From NCBI GenBank assembly GCA_040218735.1, contig JAVJQW010000033.1, positions 192,001 through 256,000 of the forward strand: DNA of 64,000 nt, given 5' to 3'. Source of the stretch: Deltaproteobacteria bacterium. GTDB taxonomy: Bacteria > Myxococcota > Kuafuiibacteriia > Kuafuiibacteriales > Kuafuiibacteriaceae. Below are positions 9,554-20,232 of this stretch, piece after piece. Each line of letters begins with the position of its first letter. The stretch's first letter is position 1. Under the pieces are notes generated by a model that searched no databases, was not told the DNA's origin, and was given only the letters and a program-made list of their open reading frames with translations. The translations under genes and the position numbers were made by a program.

Positions 9554-10971
9554 TTCGGTACCTCCAGAAGAACCCCTGAACGTCGGCAGGCATTCTCGAC
9601 GAGCGGGCCGAGCCCGCTCACATCGGATGGATCTACGGTTCGGGCGTCGATTGCGGTGCGATCCTCCACGGTGCGCGTGATGATCGCCGGGGTTTGCCCC
9701 CTCAGCGCCGCCGCGAGCGCGCGGCCCATTTCGCCGGGCTCTCCGATCAACACGAGACGCGAGCGGAGCGTCGCGAGCGGGAGGGTGCCGCCGCCGGGGA
9801 CGGATTCGCCGTCGACGACGTCCACGCGCAGCGCGATGCGCTCCCGGATGCTCGCCGCGATCGCGTCTGCGCGCGTGGCGATCTCCTCGAGCGGCGTGGC
9901 CAGCGCGCGGATCGTCGGGATCTCGCGCGCTCGCCCCGCGCGGTAGAGCGCGAGCGTGGCCTCGAGCGCGGCGATCGTGAGTTTGTCGGCTCGCAGCGCA
10001 CGGGCGAGCGGGTGTTTCTTCACCGCGTCGAGGAGCGTACGGCGGCCCGCGAGCAAGCCAGCTTGCGGCCCGCCGAGGAGTTTGTCGCCGGAGAACGCGA
10101 CGAGGTCTGCGCCCTCCGCGAGGAGGCGCTTCGGACGCGGCTCCACGCCGATCGCCGCGGCGGCCTCGCCGAGCTCCTCGTCCGTCGCGAGGAGCCCCGA
10201 GCCGACGTCGACGAGGAACGGAACGCCGCGGGCCTTCGCGATCTTCGCGAGCTCTGCCGTGGTGGGCTGGTGCGTGAACCCGACGATCGCGAAGTTGGAT
10301 CGATGGACGGAGAGGATCGCAGCGGTCTCGTCCGTGATCGCCGCTTCGTAGTCGGATGCGTACACCTTGTTCGTCGTACCGACTTCGACGAGCTTGGCGC
10401 CCGATGCCTTCATCACGTCGGGGATTCGGAACCCGCCGCCGATCTCGATGAGCTCTCCGCGCGCGACGATCACCTCGCGCCCCTGGCAGAGGCCCGCGAG
10501 CATCACGAGCACGGCGCCCGCGCAGTTGTTGAAGGTCAGCCCGCCGTCCGTGTCGAGCAGCCCCGCGAGGATGCGGTCCACGTGAACGTGTCGGTCGCCA
10601 CGCGTGCCGGGGCCGAGGTCGAGCTCGAGGTTGGTGTAGCCACGGCCGGTCTGGGTGACGGCTTCGAGCGCCGCGTCGGCGAGGGGGGCGCGGCCGAGGT
10701 TGGTGTGCAGGACGCAGCCGGTGCCGTTGATGACGCGGACGAGGGAGCGCCGGCCGAGGTCGGCGAGGGCGGTTTCGACGTCCTGCGGGGACACCTCGGC
10801 GGTCGAGCCCGCGAGGATGCGTTGGCGTGCGCCGTCGATCGCGGCCCGGACGGCGTCCGTGACCAACGTGCGACCGTGCCGCTGGATCAGCGGCTCGATC
10901 TCCGGGGCCGCGAGGAGCGTCGTCACGGCGGGGAGCCGCGCCAGGGCGGCCCGCCCGGCTGGGTCATCCAC
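9550..10971 (-). CDS. selA: L-seryl-tRNA(Sec) selenium transferase
   Basis: VINGTGCVLHTNLGRAPL, NNCAGA, RGELIEIGGGFRIPDVM, VEVGTTN, VHRSNF, FSGDKLLGGPQAG; GTG start at 10971 chosen. Confidence 0.95.
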   Translation of the reverse strand: MDDPAGRAALARLPAVTTLLAAPEIEPLIQRHGRTLVTDAVRAAIDGARQRILAGSTAEVSPQDVETALADLGRRSLVRVINGTGCVLHTNLGRAPLADAALEAVTQTGRGYTNLELDLGPGTRGDRHVHVDRILAGLLDTDGGLTFNNCAGAVLVMLAGLCQGREVIVARGELIEIGGGFRIPDVMKASGAKLVEVGTTNKVYASDYEAAITDETAAILSVHRSNFAIVGFTHQPTTAELAKIAKARGVPFLVDVGSGLLATDEELGEAAAAIGVEPRPKRLLAEGADLVAFSGDKLLGGPQAGLLAGRRTLLDAVKKHPLARALRADKLTIAALEATLALYRAGRAREIPTIRALATPLEEIATRADAIAASIRERIALRVDVVDGESVPGGGTLPLATLRSRLVLIGEPGEMGRALAAALRGQTPAIITRTVEDRTAIDARTVDPSDVSGLGPLVENACRRSGVLLEVPK

Positions 10972-10979
10972 GGATCGTG

Positions 10980-10988
10980 ATCCTAGCA
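10980..10988 (-). promoter_or_regulatory. Extended -10 element (TG-C-TAGGAT) for the selA operon
   Basis: TGCTAGGAT 8 nt upstream of the selA GTG; no SD between. Confidence 0.5.
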
Positions 10989-11054
10989 CAGGCCCGTAGA
11001 GGACGCAGAACCGCCCGAAGTGGCGGTCGGGTGACGGTTTGGCGTTGACTCTCA

Positions 11055-11078
11055 ATTGGTAACCTGAAAGTTACCAAT
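11055..11078. promoter_or_regulatory. Perfect inverted repeat, candidate operator
   Basis: ATTGGTAAC-ctgaaa-GTTACCAAT just upstream of the VOC gene ATG; TTGACT -35-like box at 11045-11050. Confidence 0.65.
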
Positions 11079-11080
11079 GC

Positions 11081-11533
11081 ATGACGAAGCCCATTCCCGA
11101 CGGATCCCACACCATCACCATGCACCTCATCCTCTCGCCGGCGGCGGAGGCGATCGCCTTCTACGAGAAGGCGTTCGGCGCGGAGCAGCTCGCGAAGATG
11201 CCGACCCCGGACGGCAAGATCATGCACGCGATGCTGAAGATCGGTGATTCGCAGCTGATGCTGAACGACCCGATGATGGGCGGGAAGTCGCCCAAGGAGC
11301 TCGGCGGCACGAACGCCACGGTTCACCTGTACGTCGAGGACGCGGACAAGGTGTACAACCGCGCGGTCGAGGCCGGCGCCACAGTGCTGATGCCGATCGA
11401 GGACGCGTTTTGGGGCGACCGCTACGGGATGGTCGTCGATCCCTTCGGCCAGCAGTGGGCGATCGCGACGCACCAGGAGGACGTGACCCCGGAGGAGATG
11501 GGGGCGCGCGCGGCCAAGCTGTTCGGCGGTTGA
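11081..11533 (+). CDS. VOC/glyoxalase family protein (PhnB-like)
   Basis: AIAFYEKAFGA, IMHAMLKIGDS, DAFWGDRYGMVVDPFGQQW. Confidence 0.9.
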   Translation: MTKPIPDGSHTITMHLILSPAAEAIAFYEKAFGAEQLAKMPTPDGKIMHAMLKIGDSQLMLNDPMMGGKSPKELGGTNATVHLYVEDADKVYNRAVEAGATVLMPIEDAFWGDRYGMVVDPFGQQWAIATHQEDVTPEEMGARAAKLFGG

Positions 11534-11534
11534 G

Positions 11535-12137
11535 CTAGGCGGCGAGCGCCGCGACCCACGCGTCGATCTGGAAGGCGACGAAACGCTCGAACTGCGCCTC
11601 GCCGATCGTGCTCCGCCCCTGCGCGAGCGCGAGCGCCGCGGCGGGGAGGGCCAGGAACGCGGCGGTGGGCACCCGGCGTCGCACGACGCCTTTGCGTCGC
11701 AGTCGCGCGAGGAGCGCGGCGAAGAAGCGGTCGTCGTCGCGGCGCGCGGCCTCCAGCGCCCCCGGGGGGAGGGCGCGGAGGAGCCACGCCATGTCGGTCG
11801 GATCGGCGAGCGCGCGCAGGAGGGGGTGCACGGTGACGGCGTCGAAGAGCGCAGTGAAGAACGCCCGGAGCGTCGCGGCGGGGGGACCGTCGTTTGTGTC
11901 GACGATCCGATCCAGCTCCGCGCGTAGCTCGGTCTCCGCTTCCTGGAGCAGCGCCATCCACAGCGCCTCCTTGCTCTCGAAGAAGGCGTAGAACGCGCCC
12001 TTACTGATCCCCGCACCGCGCGTGAGCGCGTCGATCGACGTCTTGCGGAAGCCGGTCGACGCGAGCCGTTCGCGTCCGACCTCGAGCAGGCGCGCTCGGA
12101 TGCGACGGTCATCGTCCTCGGTGAAGGCTCTCGGCAT
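11535..12137 (-). CDS. TetR/AcrR family transcriptional regulator
   Basis: GFRKTSIDALTRGAGISKGAFYAFFESKEAL HTH. Confidence 0.9.
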   Translation of the reverse strand: MPRAFTEDDDRRIRARLLEVGRERLASTGFRKTSIDALTRGAGISKGAFYAFFESKEALWMALLQEAETELRAELDRIVDTNDGPPAATLRAFFTALFDAVTVHPLLRALADPTDMAWLLRALPPGALEAARRDDDRFFAALLARLRRKGVVRRRVPTAAFLALPAAALALAQGRSTIGEAQFERFVAFQIDAWVAALAA

Positions 12138-13398
12138 CGTGTTCCTCCAACATCTGCGCGAAGGTCGCGCGAAGATCTGCTCGGCCGCCGATTCGTTTCA
12201 GCACCGCCCACAGGCCCCACTGAACGCGCGACAGCCAGATCCACTCGGGTGGAAAGCCCACGTGTCGCGCGTTCTTCGCGGTGGGTTTCGTGAACGCCTG
12301 GCCGCGCGCCCACCACGCGTCCGTGAATGCGAAGCACGGCGTGCGGACGGGTTCGTACTGCCAGGCGTACTGCGCGAAGAGCGCATCGAAGTCGATACGC
12401 TCGGGGCGCGGGGCGAGGCCGAGCTCGATCGCCGCTGTACGAAACGCAGCGCGATCTTCGTCGAGCACCGCGCGTGAAAAACGCGCGAAGCGAACGACGA
12501 AGTCGGGGTCGAAGGCACGCACGCAGCCGAAGTCGAGGAGCGTGACCCGCTCGCCGTAGCGTTGGTTGCCGGGGTGCGGGTCGGCGTGCAGCCAGCCCCG
12601 CGCGAAGAAGGGGGCGAACGCAAAACGCAGCAGCGCGTCCGACGCGCGGTCGCGGGCCTCGGAGGTGGCGACTCTGCAGAAGTCCTCGAAGTCGTCGCCC
12701 TCTGCCCACGCGGTGGTCAGCACCGTGGGGCAGGAGAGCGCGTCGAAGACCCGGGGGACGACGATGCCCTCGGTGTTCGCGAAGAACGCGCCGAACCGAC
12801 GCTGCCATTCGGCCTCGCGCTCGTAGTCGCACTCCTCGGCGACACGCGCGAACAGCTCGGCGACGAGGGCCTTGCCGTCGACCGCGCTGAACTTGCCCGC
12901 GATCGCTGAGAGCCGATCGAGCTGCGCGAAGTCGGCCTCGAGAGTCTCGCGGACATTCGGGTAGAGCACCTTCACGGCGACGGGATCGCAGTCGAGCGTT
13001 CGGCCTCGGTGTACCTGCCCGATGCTCGCGGACGCGATCGGTTCCGGCTCCAGCTCGGCGAAATGCGCATCGACCGACGCCCCGAGCCCCGCTTCGAGCG
13101 CCTCGACGATCACGTCGAAGGGCAGCGGCGTCACGCCGGTGCGGAGCCGCGCGAGCTGGGTCGTGACGGGCTCCGGGAACCCCACGTCCATGTACGACAG
13201 GATCTGCCCGACCTTCATCGCCATGCCCTTGAGCTGATCGAGCTCGGCGAGGAGCACCGCGCCGAGCGCCTCGTCGGCGCGGTCGCGATCGCCGAAGACC
13301 TTCGCGCTGCGCAAACCCACCTGCAGCGCGATGCGTCCCGTCGCCCGAGCGCGGGAGAGGAGCCCGGTCGGGAGGTCCTTGGGGAGTCGGCGGGCCAT
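12109..13398 (-). CDS. AarF/ABC1/UbiB family kinase
   Basis: LKGMAMKVGQILS, ASASIGQVH, VAVKVLYP, HADPHPGN, LLDFGC. Confidence 0.92.
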   Translation of the reverse strand: MARRLPKDLPTGLLSRARATGRIALQVGLRSAKVFGDRDRADEALGAVLLAELDQLKGMAMKVGQILSYMDVGFPEPVTTQLARLRTGVTPLPFDVIVEALEAGLGASVDAHFAELEPEPIASASIGQVHRGRTLDCDPVAVKVLYPNVRETLEADFAQLDRLSAIAGKFSAVDGKALVAELFARVAEECDYEREAEWQRRFGAFFANTEGIVVPRVFDALSCPTVLTTAWAEGDDFEDFCRVATSEARDRASDALLRFAFAPFFARGWLHADPHPGNQRYGERVTLLDFGCVRAFDPDFVVRFARFSRAVLDEDRAAFRTAAIELGLAPRPERIDFDALFAQYAWQYEPVRTPCFAFTDAWWARGQAFTKPTAKNARHVGFPPEWIWLSRVQWGLWAVLKRIGGRADLRATFAQMLEEHDAESLHRGR

Positions 13399-13415
13399 GG
13401 CTTGGTTTTCGACTA

Positions 13416-13439
13416 TGACTCAAACGAACTGTTTGGTCA
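13416..13439. promoter_or_regulatory. Imperfect palindrome, candidate TetR operator
   Basis: TGAC(T)CAAAC-gaact-GTTTGGTCA in the divergent gap upstream of the ABC1-TetR operon. Confidence 0.45.
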
Positions 13440-13497
13440 CTGCGTTTCGTGCCCGAGGGACTGGCTTTCCGCACCGATCGCGGTGCAAGGTCTGGGC

Positions 13498-15075
13498 GTG
13501 TACCTGCTCCTCGAGGAGGTCGGGTCCGGTTCCAGCGGGACGGCTCACCTCGCCGTGCGCTCCGACGAGCGGACGGACGAGCTCTTCGTGGTCAAGCAGC
13601 TGAGGCCCGCCGTGGCGGCGGTCCCGGAGCATCTGAGCCGGTTCAAACACGAGGCGGCGATCGCGGTGATGGTCGATCACCCGAACGTGGTCGACGTCGT
13701 CGACGTGGGCCTCGCGGCCGAGCGGCCGTACATCGTGATGCGGTACGTCGAGGGCCCGACGGTCTCGATGCTGATGAACGCGCTGCTGCGTTCGAAGTCG
13801 CGGCTGTCCGTGGAGGCGGCGGTCGGGTTGGTGCGGGAGGCGTTGGCGGGGATCGAGGCGCTCCACACGGCGCGGCACCCGCGCACGGGAGAGCCGCTGG
13901 GGTTCGTGCACCGCGACCTCGCACCGAAGAACCTCATCGTCACGCGCGACGGGCGCCTGAAGCTGATCGACCTCGGGCTGGGGCGTTCGCGGCTCGGTGA
14001 GTGGCAGACGGAAGCCGGGCGCATCATGGGATCGATCGGCTACATGCCGCCCGAGCAGCTGCGGGGGGAGGCGGTGGATCAGCGTGCGGACCTGTGGTCA
14101 CTCGCGTGTGTCCTGTTCGAGCTGGTGACGCTGAGGCCCTACGTTCCGGGGCGCGGGCGTGAGCGGCTGCTCGCCACGTTGAAGACCGAGCCGCGCTCGA
14201 TGCGTGAAGTACGGCCGGACGTCCCGGTCGCGCTGGACGAGGTCGTGCTGCGCGCGCTCTCCACCACGCCGGCGGCGCGCTTCGAGTCGGCGTCGGCGCT
14301 GTCGCGCGCGCTCGAGCAGACCTGCGCCGCGCCTTCACCGAACGAGATCGCGCTGCACGTCGAAGGGGAGTTCGGTGAGGCGCTCGACGAACGGCGGCAC
14401 CGGCTGCGCGAGACCGCGCTGACGATCGTCGAGCCGCTGGAGATCACGGAGCACTATGAGCGCATCGCATCGCGCCCGGGTGCGGACGTGCCGATGTTCG
14501 GCACGTACGATGCGACGAAGGTGATCGCGGCGCCGACGCGCATCGACCGCCCGCCGTCGGTGCCCGAGCCGCGGCGAGCGCCGCGCCCGTCGGGGTATCG
14601 GTGGGGGGAGCTCGCGGCGATCACGGTCGTGGTCGCGATGATCGTGGCGGGTGGTGTGTACTTCGGGCTTCGACCTGCGCAGGAGCCGCCAGCGCAGATC
14701 GTGGCGCCGACACCGAACGTCGCGCCCGCCGCGGTGGCGACACCCAGCGCGCAGCCCCGGAAGGTCGAGGCGGCGCCGAACGCGGTGGCCGAGACGACGC
14801 CACCGAAGCCCCGGCGCGATCGCCCGAAGAAGGTGCGCCCGCGGACGCCCCGTCTCGACAAGAAGGCGCCGGAGGTTCGTGACGAGCCCGTGATCGCACC
14901 GCGGGCGCGTGCGGCGCGTCTGATGAAGCGGCTCCAGGGGATGCGCGCCGACGACGTCGCGGGCGCGGAGGCGCTGATCATGGAGCTGACGGCGCTGGAC
15001 CTGGTGCAGGATCCGGAGCGGTACACGGAGCGCCTCGGGCAGCTCGAGCGCCGCGCGAAGGCGTTGGCGCCGTAG
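13498..15075 (+). CDS. Membrane Ser/Thr protein kinase (module copy 1)
   Basis: GSGSSG, FVVKQL, HRDLAPKN, DLG, GYMPPEQ, ADLWSL; TM LAAITVVVAMIVAGGVYF; C-terminal helical domain; GTG start inferred from the paralog. Confidence 0.9.
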   Translation: MYLLLEEVGSGSSGTAHLAVRSDERTDELFVVKQLRPAVAAVPEHLSRFKHEAAIAVMVDHPNVVDVVDVGLAAERPYIVMRYVEGPTVSMLMNALLRSKSRLSVEAAVGLVREALAGIEALHTARHPRTGEPLGFVHRDLAPKNLIVTRDGRLKLIDLGLGRSRLGEWQTEAGRIMGSIGYMPPEQLRGEAVDQRADLWSLACVLFELVTLRPYVPGRGRERLLATLKTEPRSMREVRPDVPVALDEVVLRALSTTPAARFESASALSRALEQTCAAPSPNEIALHVEGEFGEALDERRHRLRETALTIVEPLEITEHYERIASRPGADVPMFGTYDATKVIAAPTRIDRPPSVPEPRRAPRPSGYRWGELAAITVVVAMIVAGGVYFGLRPAQEPPAQIVAPTPNVAPAAVATPSAQPRKVEAAPNAVAETTPPKPRRDRPKKVRPRTPRLDKKAPEVRDEPVIAPRARAARLMKRLQGMRADDVAGAEALIMELTALDLVQDPERYTERLGQLERRAKALAP

Positions 15076-15086
15076 TCGACGGCGAC

Positions 15087-15878
15087 TCAACACCCGGGCG
15101 GGCACATGCCTTCGCCGACGCAGGCGCAGTCCACGCCGGCGCCGCTCTGCGTGATGACCACGGCGGCGCCGACGGAGGCGGCGACCGCGGCGCCGACGCC
15201 GATCCACAACCACGGCGACGCCAAGACCGAGGACGCTTCCTGCAGACGCACCTCCAGCGTTTGTGACTCACCCGGCGCGAGCTGCAGGGCGCGGCGATCC
15301 GGTTCGTAGCCTTTGCGCTGAACCTCGATCTGCACCTCGCCTGGGTTCACCCAGAACGTCCCGTCCACGTCGCGGCGAACGGCGGGGACGAGGCGGACCG
15401 TGGCGTCGGCAGGGTCGGCGCGGATCGAGAGGCGGGAGAGGCGGACGAAGTGGGCGCGGTCGAGCGCTTCGTCGACCTGGAGCGCGATGCGATCCAGCGG
15501 CGCCCCCTCCTTGCCGCCGACGGCGCGGTGCACGAGTTTCTGCTCGTCGACGTCGATCAACAGCGTGCCCACGATCGGCGGCTGCACGGTGGTGTTCGCG
15601 ATGACGACGACGAGGTAACGCGCCGAGAAGTTCCTCGCTTCGCGGGCGAGGCACTCCGCTTCCAGCGCGCAGTCGCGCAGGCGATTGACGACGTCGCGGG
15701 GCGTGGTGAGGAACGTGGTTCGCGACATCACCGACACACCGGCGCGCGCTGCGACGGTGGCTTCGACGCGCTCGTGGACGCCGTCCGCCGTCACTTCGCC
15801 GAAGGACGCCTTCACCACCGGGAACACCGCGATCTGCGGCGCGGTCGCGGCGAGCAGCGCGAGCCAGGCGACGCTCAT
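15087..15878 (-). CDS. Exported PEGA-like protein with C-terminal TM and CACVGEGMCPPGC tail (module copy 1)
   Basis: Signal MSVAWLALLAATA; LSIRADPADATV...VQRKGYEP PEGA-like; SPWLWIGVGAAVAA TM; paralog at 34274-35062. Confidence 0.8.
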   Translation of the reverse strand: MSVAWLALLAATAPQIAVFPVVKASFGEVTADGVHERVEATVAARAGVSVMSRTTFLTTPRDVVNRLRDCALEAECLAREARNFSARYLVVVIANTTVQPPIVGTLLIDVDEQKLVHRAVGGKEGAPLDRIALQVDEALDRAHFVRLSRLSIRADPADATVRLVPAVRRDVDGTFWVNPGEVQIEVQRKGYEPDRRALQLAPGESQTLEVRLQEASSVLASPWLWIGVGAAVAASVGAAVVITQSGAGVDCACVGEGMCPPGC

Positions 15879-18529
15879 CGCGGCGTCACCGAGACCACGC
15901 GCTGACCCTCGCCCCCGATCATCACGAGGTCGTCCGTCACGGCGTACCCCGTGATGTACGTGAACGGCGTGGAGTCGCGTGGGCCCGCGCGCGGTTCGAC
16001 GGTCCCGTCGTCGTAGAGGAACGCCACCGCGTCGCCGAACCGAAGGGCCCCCAGCGGCGTGACCCACGACAGCGGCTTGGAGAAGTTGTGGAACCGCTGC
16101 TCCGCGGCGGACGGCTCGGGGAAGGGGCACAGCCCGAACGCCGCCTCCGCACAGAACTCCGGCTCGCGGCCGAGGACCCACGGGGAGACCGCCTGCGTGA
16201 ACGTCGTGCCCTCGATCTCCGTGACGCCGAGGACGACGCCGCGGTCCGCGCACGAGAGGTCGAGGGTCTTCGGGACGACTTCGCCGAACGGCTCGCCGAG
16301 GCGACGGTGCCAGAACCCTTCGACCGCGAGGGTTCGGTCGGCGCGCCACACGACGCGCCCCACGAGGTCGCGCCCCACGAGCCACGCCGTGCCGTCGCGC
16401 CCGGCGAGGTCGGTCCACTCCGGATCGACGACGCGCGGTTCGACCACCTGCGTGCTCGGGTCGTCCCACTCGACGTCGAGCTCGACGAACGCGCGGTCGA
16501 TCATCGCGAAGACCCGGCCGAAGCGATCGAGGAAGACGAACACCCCCGACGCCAGCGCGGCGCCCGCCACGAAGATCGCCGGGTCGTCGACCGGCGGCGC
16601 GACGCGATCGAGGACGCGCCCCTCGTCGATGTCGACGACGAACACGTCCACGCGATCGGGGAAGGTCGGCGGACACGGGATCCGCGTCGTGCCACGGCTC
16701 GTGCAGCGGTAGCGCGGCGCCTCGTGCGTGGTGACGACGAAGCGACTGGCGACGTCCGGGTCGGCGACGGCGAGGTCGGGGAGGGTGTTCTTGGACGGGG
16801 GGAAGCCGTCGACCTCGAAACGCGAGCGCAACACCACGCCGTCCTCGCGCGAGAACACCGCGGGCCCTCCGCTGAACGTCACGATGGAGCCGTCGTCGCG
16901 CGGCGCCATCGCGGCCATGGGGCCGTCGCGCCCTCCGCGTGTGCCGTAGATCTGGACGTACGTGTCGCTGTCCGGGCCGCGACGGAACAGAGAGCGCTCG
17001 GCGGTGACCGCGAGCTCGTAGTCCCCGCGCTCGAGGAGATCGAGCACCGGGCCGTGCACCTCCGGGAGCACCTCCGGCGTGGAGCCGTCCCACGGTCGTC
17101 CGATCCCGTTCGCGCGAAGGGTGACCTGGGTCCCCAGCACGTCGACCACCGTTTGGCCGAAGCCCCAGATGGTTCGGACACGTCCCGTCTGTGGATTGAC
17201 GGAGAGGGAGTGGCACCGCTCGAACGTCGTCGAGAGGGTCGCGACGGTGAGGGTCTCAGGGAGGTCCGCCGCGGTCTCGACGCCGGTCAGATCGATCGAC
17301 CACAACACCGAGCTCGCTCCCGTCGAGTTGAACCCGCGCGAGCAGAGGTTGAGCCGCCCGTCGGGCGCGAGTCCGTAGTCGTCGACGTAGTCGTGGGTGT
17401 AGAGGACGTCGTCGTGGAAGTACTGCCGCCCCTGCAGGCCGACGTGGCACGTCCACGCGGAGGTGGCGGCGTCCCGGACCACGAGCTCGCCGTGGTTCCC
17501 GACGATGACCACCGTGGGCGTCGTGATGCCGTTGGAGAACCGGAACGAGGACAGGTCACAGTCCGCCCCGAGCACCGTCTCCTCCGTACAGACGTACGTG
17601 TTGGGATCGCTCGGGCCGCAGCGGAAGATCTGTTTCGTCGCGTCGACATCGAGTGACGTGCCCGCGACGTAGAGCGCGCCGTCCGGACCCGCGAACATCG
17701 CTTGGACCAGCAGCGCGGGGAGGTCGACCCGGGGCTCGAGGCCACCTTCGTGCGTGACGACGCGGTAGATGGTGCCGTCGCCGGTCGGCTTCGGATCCGC
17801 CATCGCGACGAGGAGGCCGTCTTGGATCGGCGTCATCGCACGCACGTGGCCTTGGGCGTCGGTGAACTTTCGCTCCACGACCTGACCCGCCGCGTCGATC
17901 GTCACCGCGTAGGCCGGCGTCAGGCCGATGACGCGTCCGTCGTCGAAGAGGTAGCCCGAGCGGGTCGCGATGGACGAACCGGCCTCCTCCGAGACGATGT
18001 CGAAGCTGGCGACCTCGCGGATCGGTGCGTCGGGTGCACACGGGCAGGCGCCGGGCCACGTGACGAACACCCGCTTTGCAACTTCGCTTGCGAGGGTCGG
18101 GACGTTGACCACGGTCGGGCCTCCGACGTTCTCGTAGGCCTCCGCGGCGACGAACGCCGGGACGTGGCAGACGTCGCCGGGGCCGATGCGCTGAGGGGAC
18201 GAGACGGCTTCGAAGGTGCAGCGGCCGCACCCTCGAGTCGGTTCGGTCGTGGCTGTCGCGGCGGCGAGGGTTGCCTCGTCGAGGGGGTGACCGGCGCGGT
18301 CGACGAGCGCGCCGGCTTCGAAGCGCCAGACGAACAGCGTGCTCCCCTGTGGGAAGTCGATGCGGGTCGCGCGGCCGTCGACGAGGGTCTCGGCTTCGAG
18401 TCGGTCGCCGTCGAGCACGGCGATGACGGCGAGCTCTCCTGGGTCCAGCGCGACGGGGACGGCGTGCTGTTCACCCCGCGAGCAGGCCAAGACGAGCAGC
18501 AGCGCGAGCGTGATGGAGCGGCGTCCCAC
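15875..18529 (-). CDS. Large Cys-rich putative lipoprotein, beta-strand rich (module copy 1)
   Basis: Lipobox LLVLAC; GCGRCT...PGDVC motif; full-length similarity to 35059-37782. Confidence 0.8.
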   Translation of the reverse strand: MGRRSITLALLLVLACSRGEQHAVPVALDPGELAVIAVLDGDRLEAETLVDGRATRIDFPQGSTLFVWRFEAGALVDRAGHPLDEATLAAATATTEPTRGCGRCTFEAVSSPQRIGPGDVCHVPAFVAAEAYENVGGPTVVNVPTLASEVAKRVFVTWPGACPCAPDAPIREVASFDIVSEEAGSSIATRSGYLFDDGRVIGLTPAYAVTIDAAGQVVERKFTDAQGHVRAMTPIQDGLLVAMADPKPTGDGTIYRVVTHEGGLEPRVDLPALLVQAMFAGPDGALYVAGTSLDVDATKQIFRCGPSDPNTYVCTEETVLGADCDLSSFRFSNGITTPTVVIVGNHGELVVRDAATSAWTCHVGLQGRQYFHDDVLYTHDYVDDYGLAPDGRLNLCSRGFNSTGASSVLWSIDLTGVETAADLPETLTVATLSTTFERCHSLSVNPQTGRVRTIWGFGQTVVDVLGTQVTLRANGIGRPWDGSTPEVLPEVHGPVLDLLERGDYELAVTAERSLFRRGPDSDTYVQIYGTRGGRDGPMAAMAPRDDGSIVTFSGGPAVFSREDGVVLRSRFEVDGFPPSKNTLPDLAVADPDVASRFVVTTHEAPRYRCTSRGTTRIPCPPTFPDRVDVFVVDIDEGRVLDRVAPPVDDPAIFVAGAALASGVFVFLDRFGRVFAMIDRAFVELDVEWDDPSTQVVEPRVVDPEWTDLAGRDGTAWLVGRDLVGRVVWRADRTLAVEGFWHRRLGEPFGEVVPKTLDLSCADRGVVLGVTEIEGTTFTQAVSPWVLGREPEFCAEAAFGLCPFPEPSAAEQRFHNFSKPLSWVTPLGALRFGDAVAFLYDDGTVEPRAGPRDSTPFTYITGYAVTDDLVMIGGEGQRVVSVTPR

Positions 18530-18541
18530 CGAGGCGAGAGC

Positions 18542-19045
18542 TTAGCTGTTCGGCGGGTACTTGGCACTCAGCGCGGCGTACACGACCGGGGGCACGTAGC
18601 GTGAGAAGTCGCCGCCGTTCATCGCGATCTCCTTGACGAGGGAGCTGGAGATGTACACGTGCTCCGACTCGGTGAACATGAAGACGGTCTCCACGCTCGG
18701 CTCGAGGTCGCGGTTCGCGAGGCCGAGCTGGAACTCGTACTCGAAGTCGGTGAGGAGGCGCAGGCCGCGGACGAGGACACCGGCGCCCAGGCCGCGGCAG
18801 AAGTCGATCAGCAGCCCGGAGAACGACTGCACGTCGATGTTGTCGACGCTGCTGAGTGCGTCGCGAAGCATCTCGAGCCGTTCTTCGGTGGTGAAGAGGC
18901 TCTGCTTCGCGGGGTTCACTCCGATCGCGACGGTCACGCGATCGTACAGGCGCGCGGCGCGTTCGATGATCGCGGTGTGCCCGTACGTGACGGGGTCGAA
19001 CGAACCTGCATAGACGGCGTGTCGATAGTTGGGCGACGCCTTCAC
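18542..19045 (-). CDS. coaD: Phosphopantetheine adenylyltransferase
   Basis: AVYAGSFDPVTYGH, LVRGLRLLTDFEYE, ISSSLVKEIA. Confidence 0.95.
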   Translation of the reverse strand: MKASPNYRHAVYAGSFDPVTYGHTAIIERAARLYDRVTVAIGVNPAKQSLFTTEERLEMLRDALSSVDNIDVQSFSGLLIDFCRGLGAGVLVRGLRLLTDFEYEFQLGLANRDLEPSVETVFMFTESEHVYISSSLVKEIAMNGGDFSRYVPPVVYAALSAKYPPNS

Positions 19046-19115
19046 GATGCACGCACGCTGTCTCGCGCCGTTTTTGGATGTCAACGAAAGGAAGGTCTGA
19101 TACCTCTTTCGCGCC

Positions 19116-20231
<1,116 letters not shown>

Positions 20232-20232
<1 letters not shown>

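Noticed and set aside
10964-13474. 836-aa ORF and many other long Arg/Gly/Pro-rich overlapping ORFs across the window
   Set aside because: Off-frame artefacts of stop-codon scarcity in high-GC DNA; they overlap genes with clear motifs.
13009-13497. Long N-terminal extensions predicted by the ORF track for the kinase (also for UDPGP, selA, coaD, yjbQ, capA and others)
   Set aside because: They overlap neighbouring real genes, and paralog or family alignment begins at downstream starts.
15087-15095. Gly-Cys-TGA ends of both PEGA paralogs as possible selenocysteine (GCU) motif, given selA nearby
   Set aside because: Sequence after the TGA is not conserved between copies (GTC GCC versus AGA TTC) and runs antisense into the kinase; no SECIS is evident; TGA is the usual stop at this GC content.
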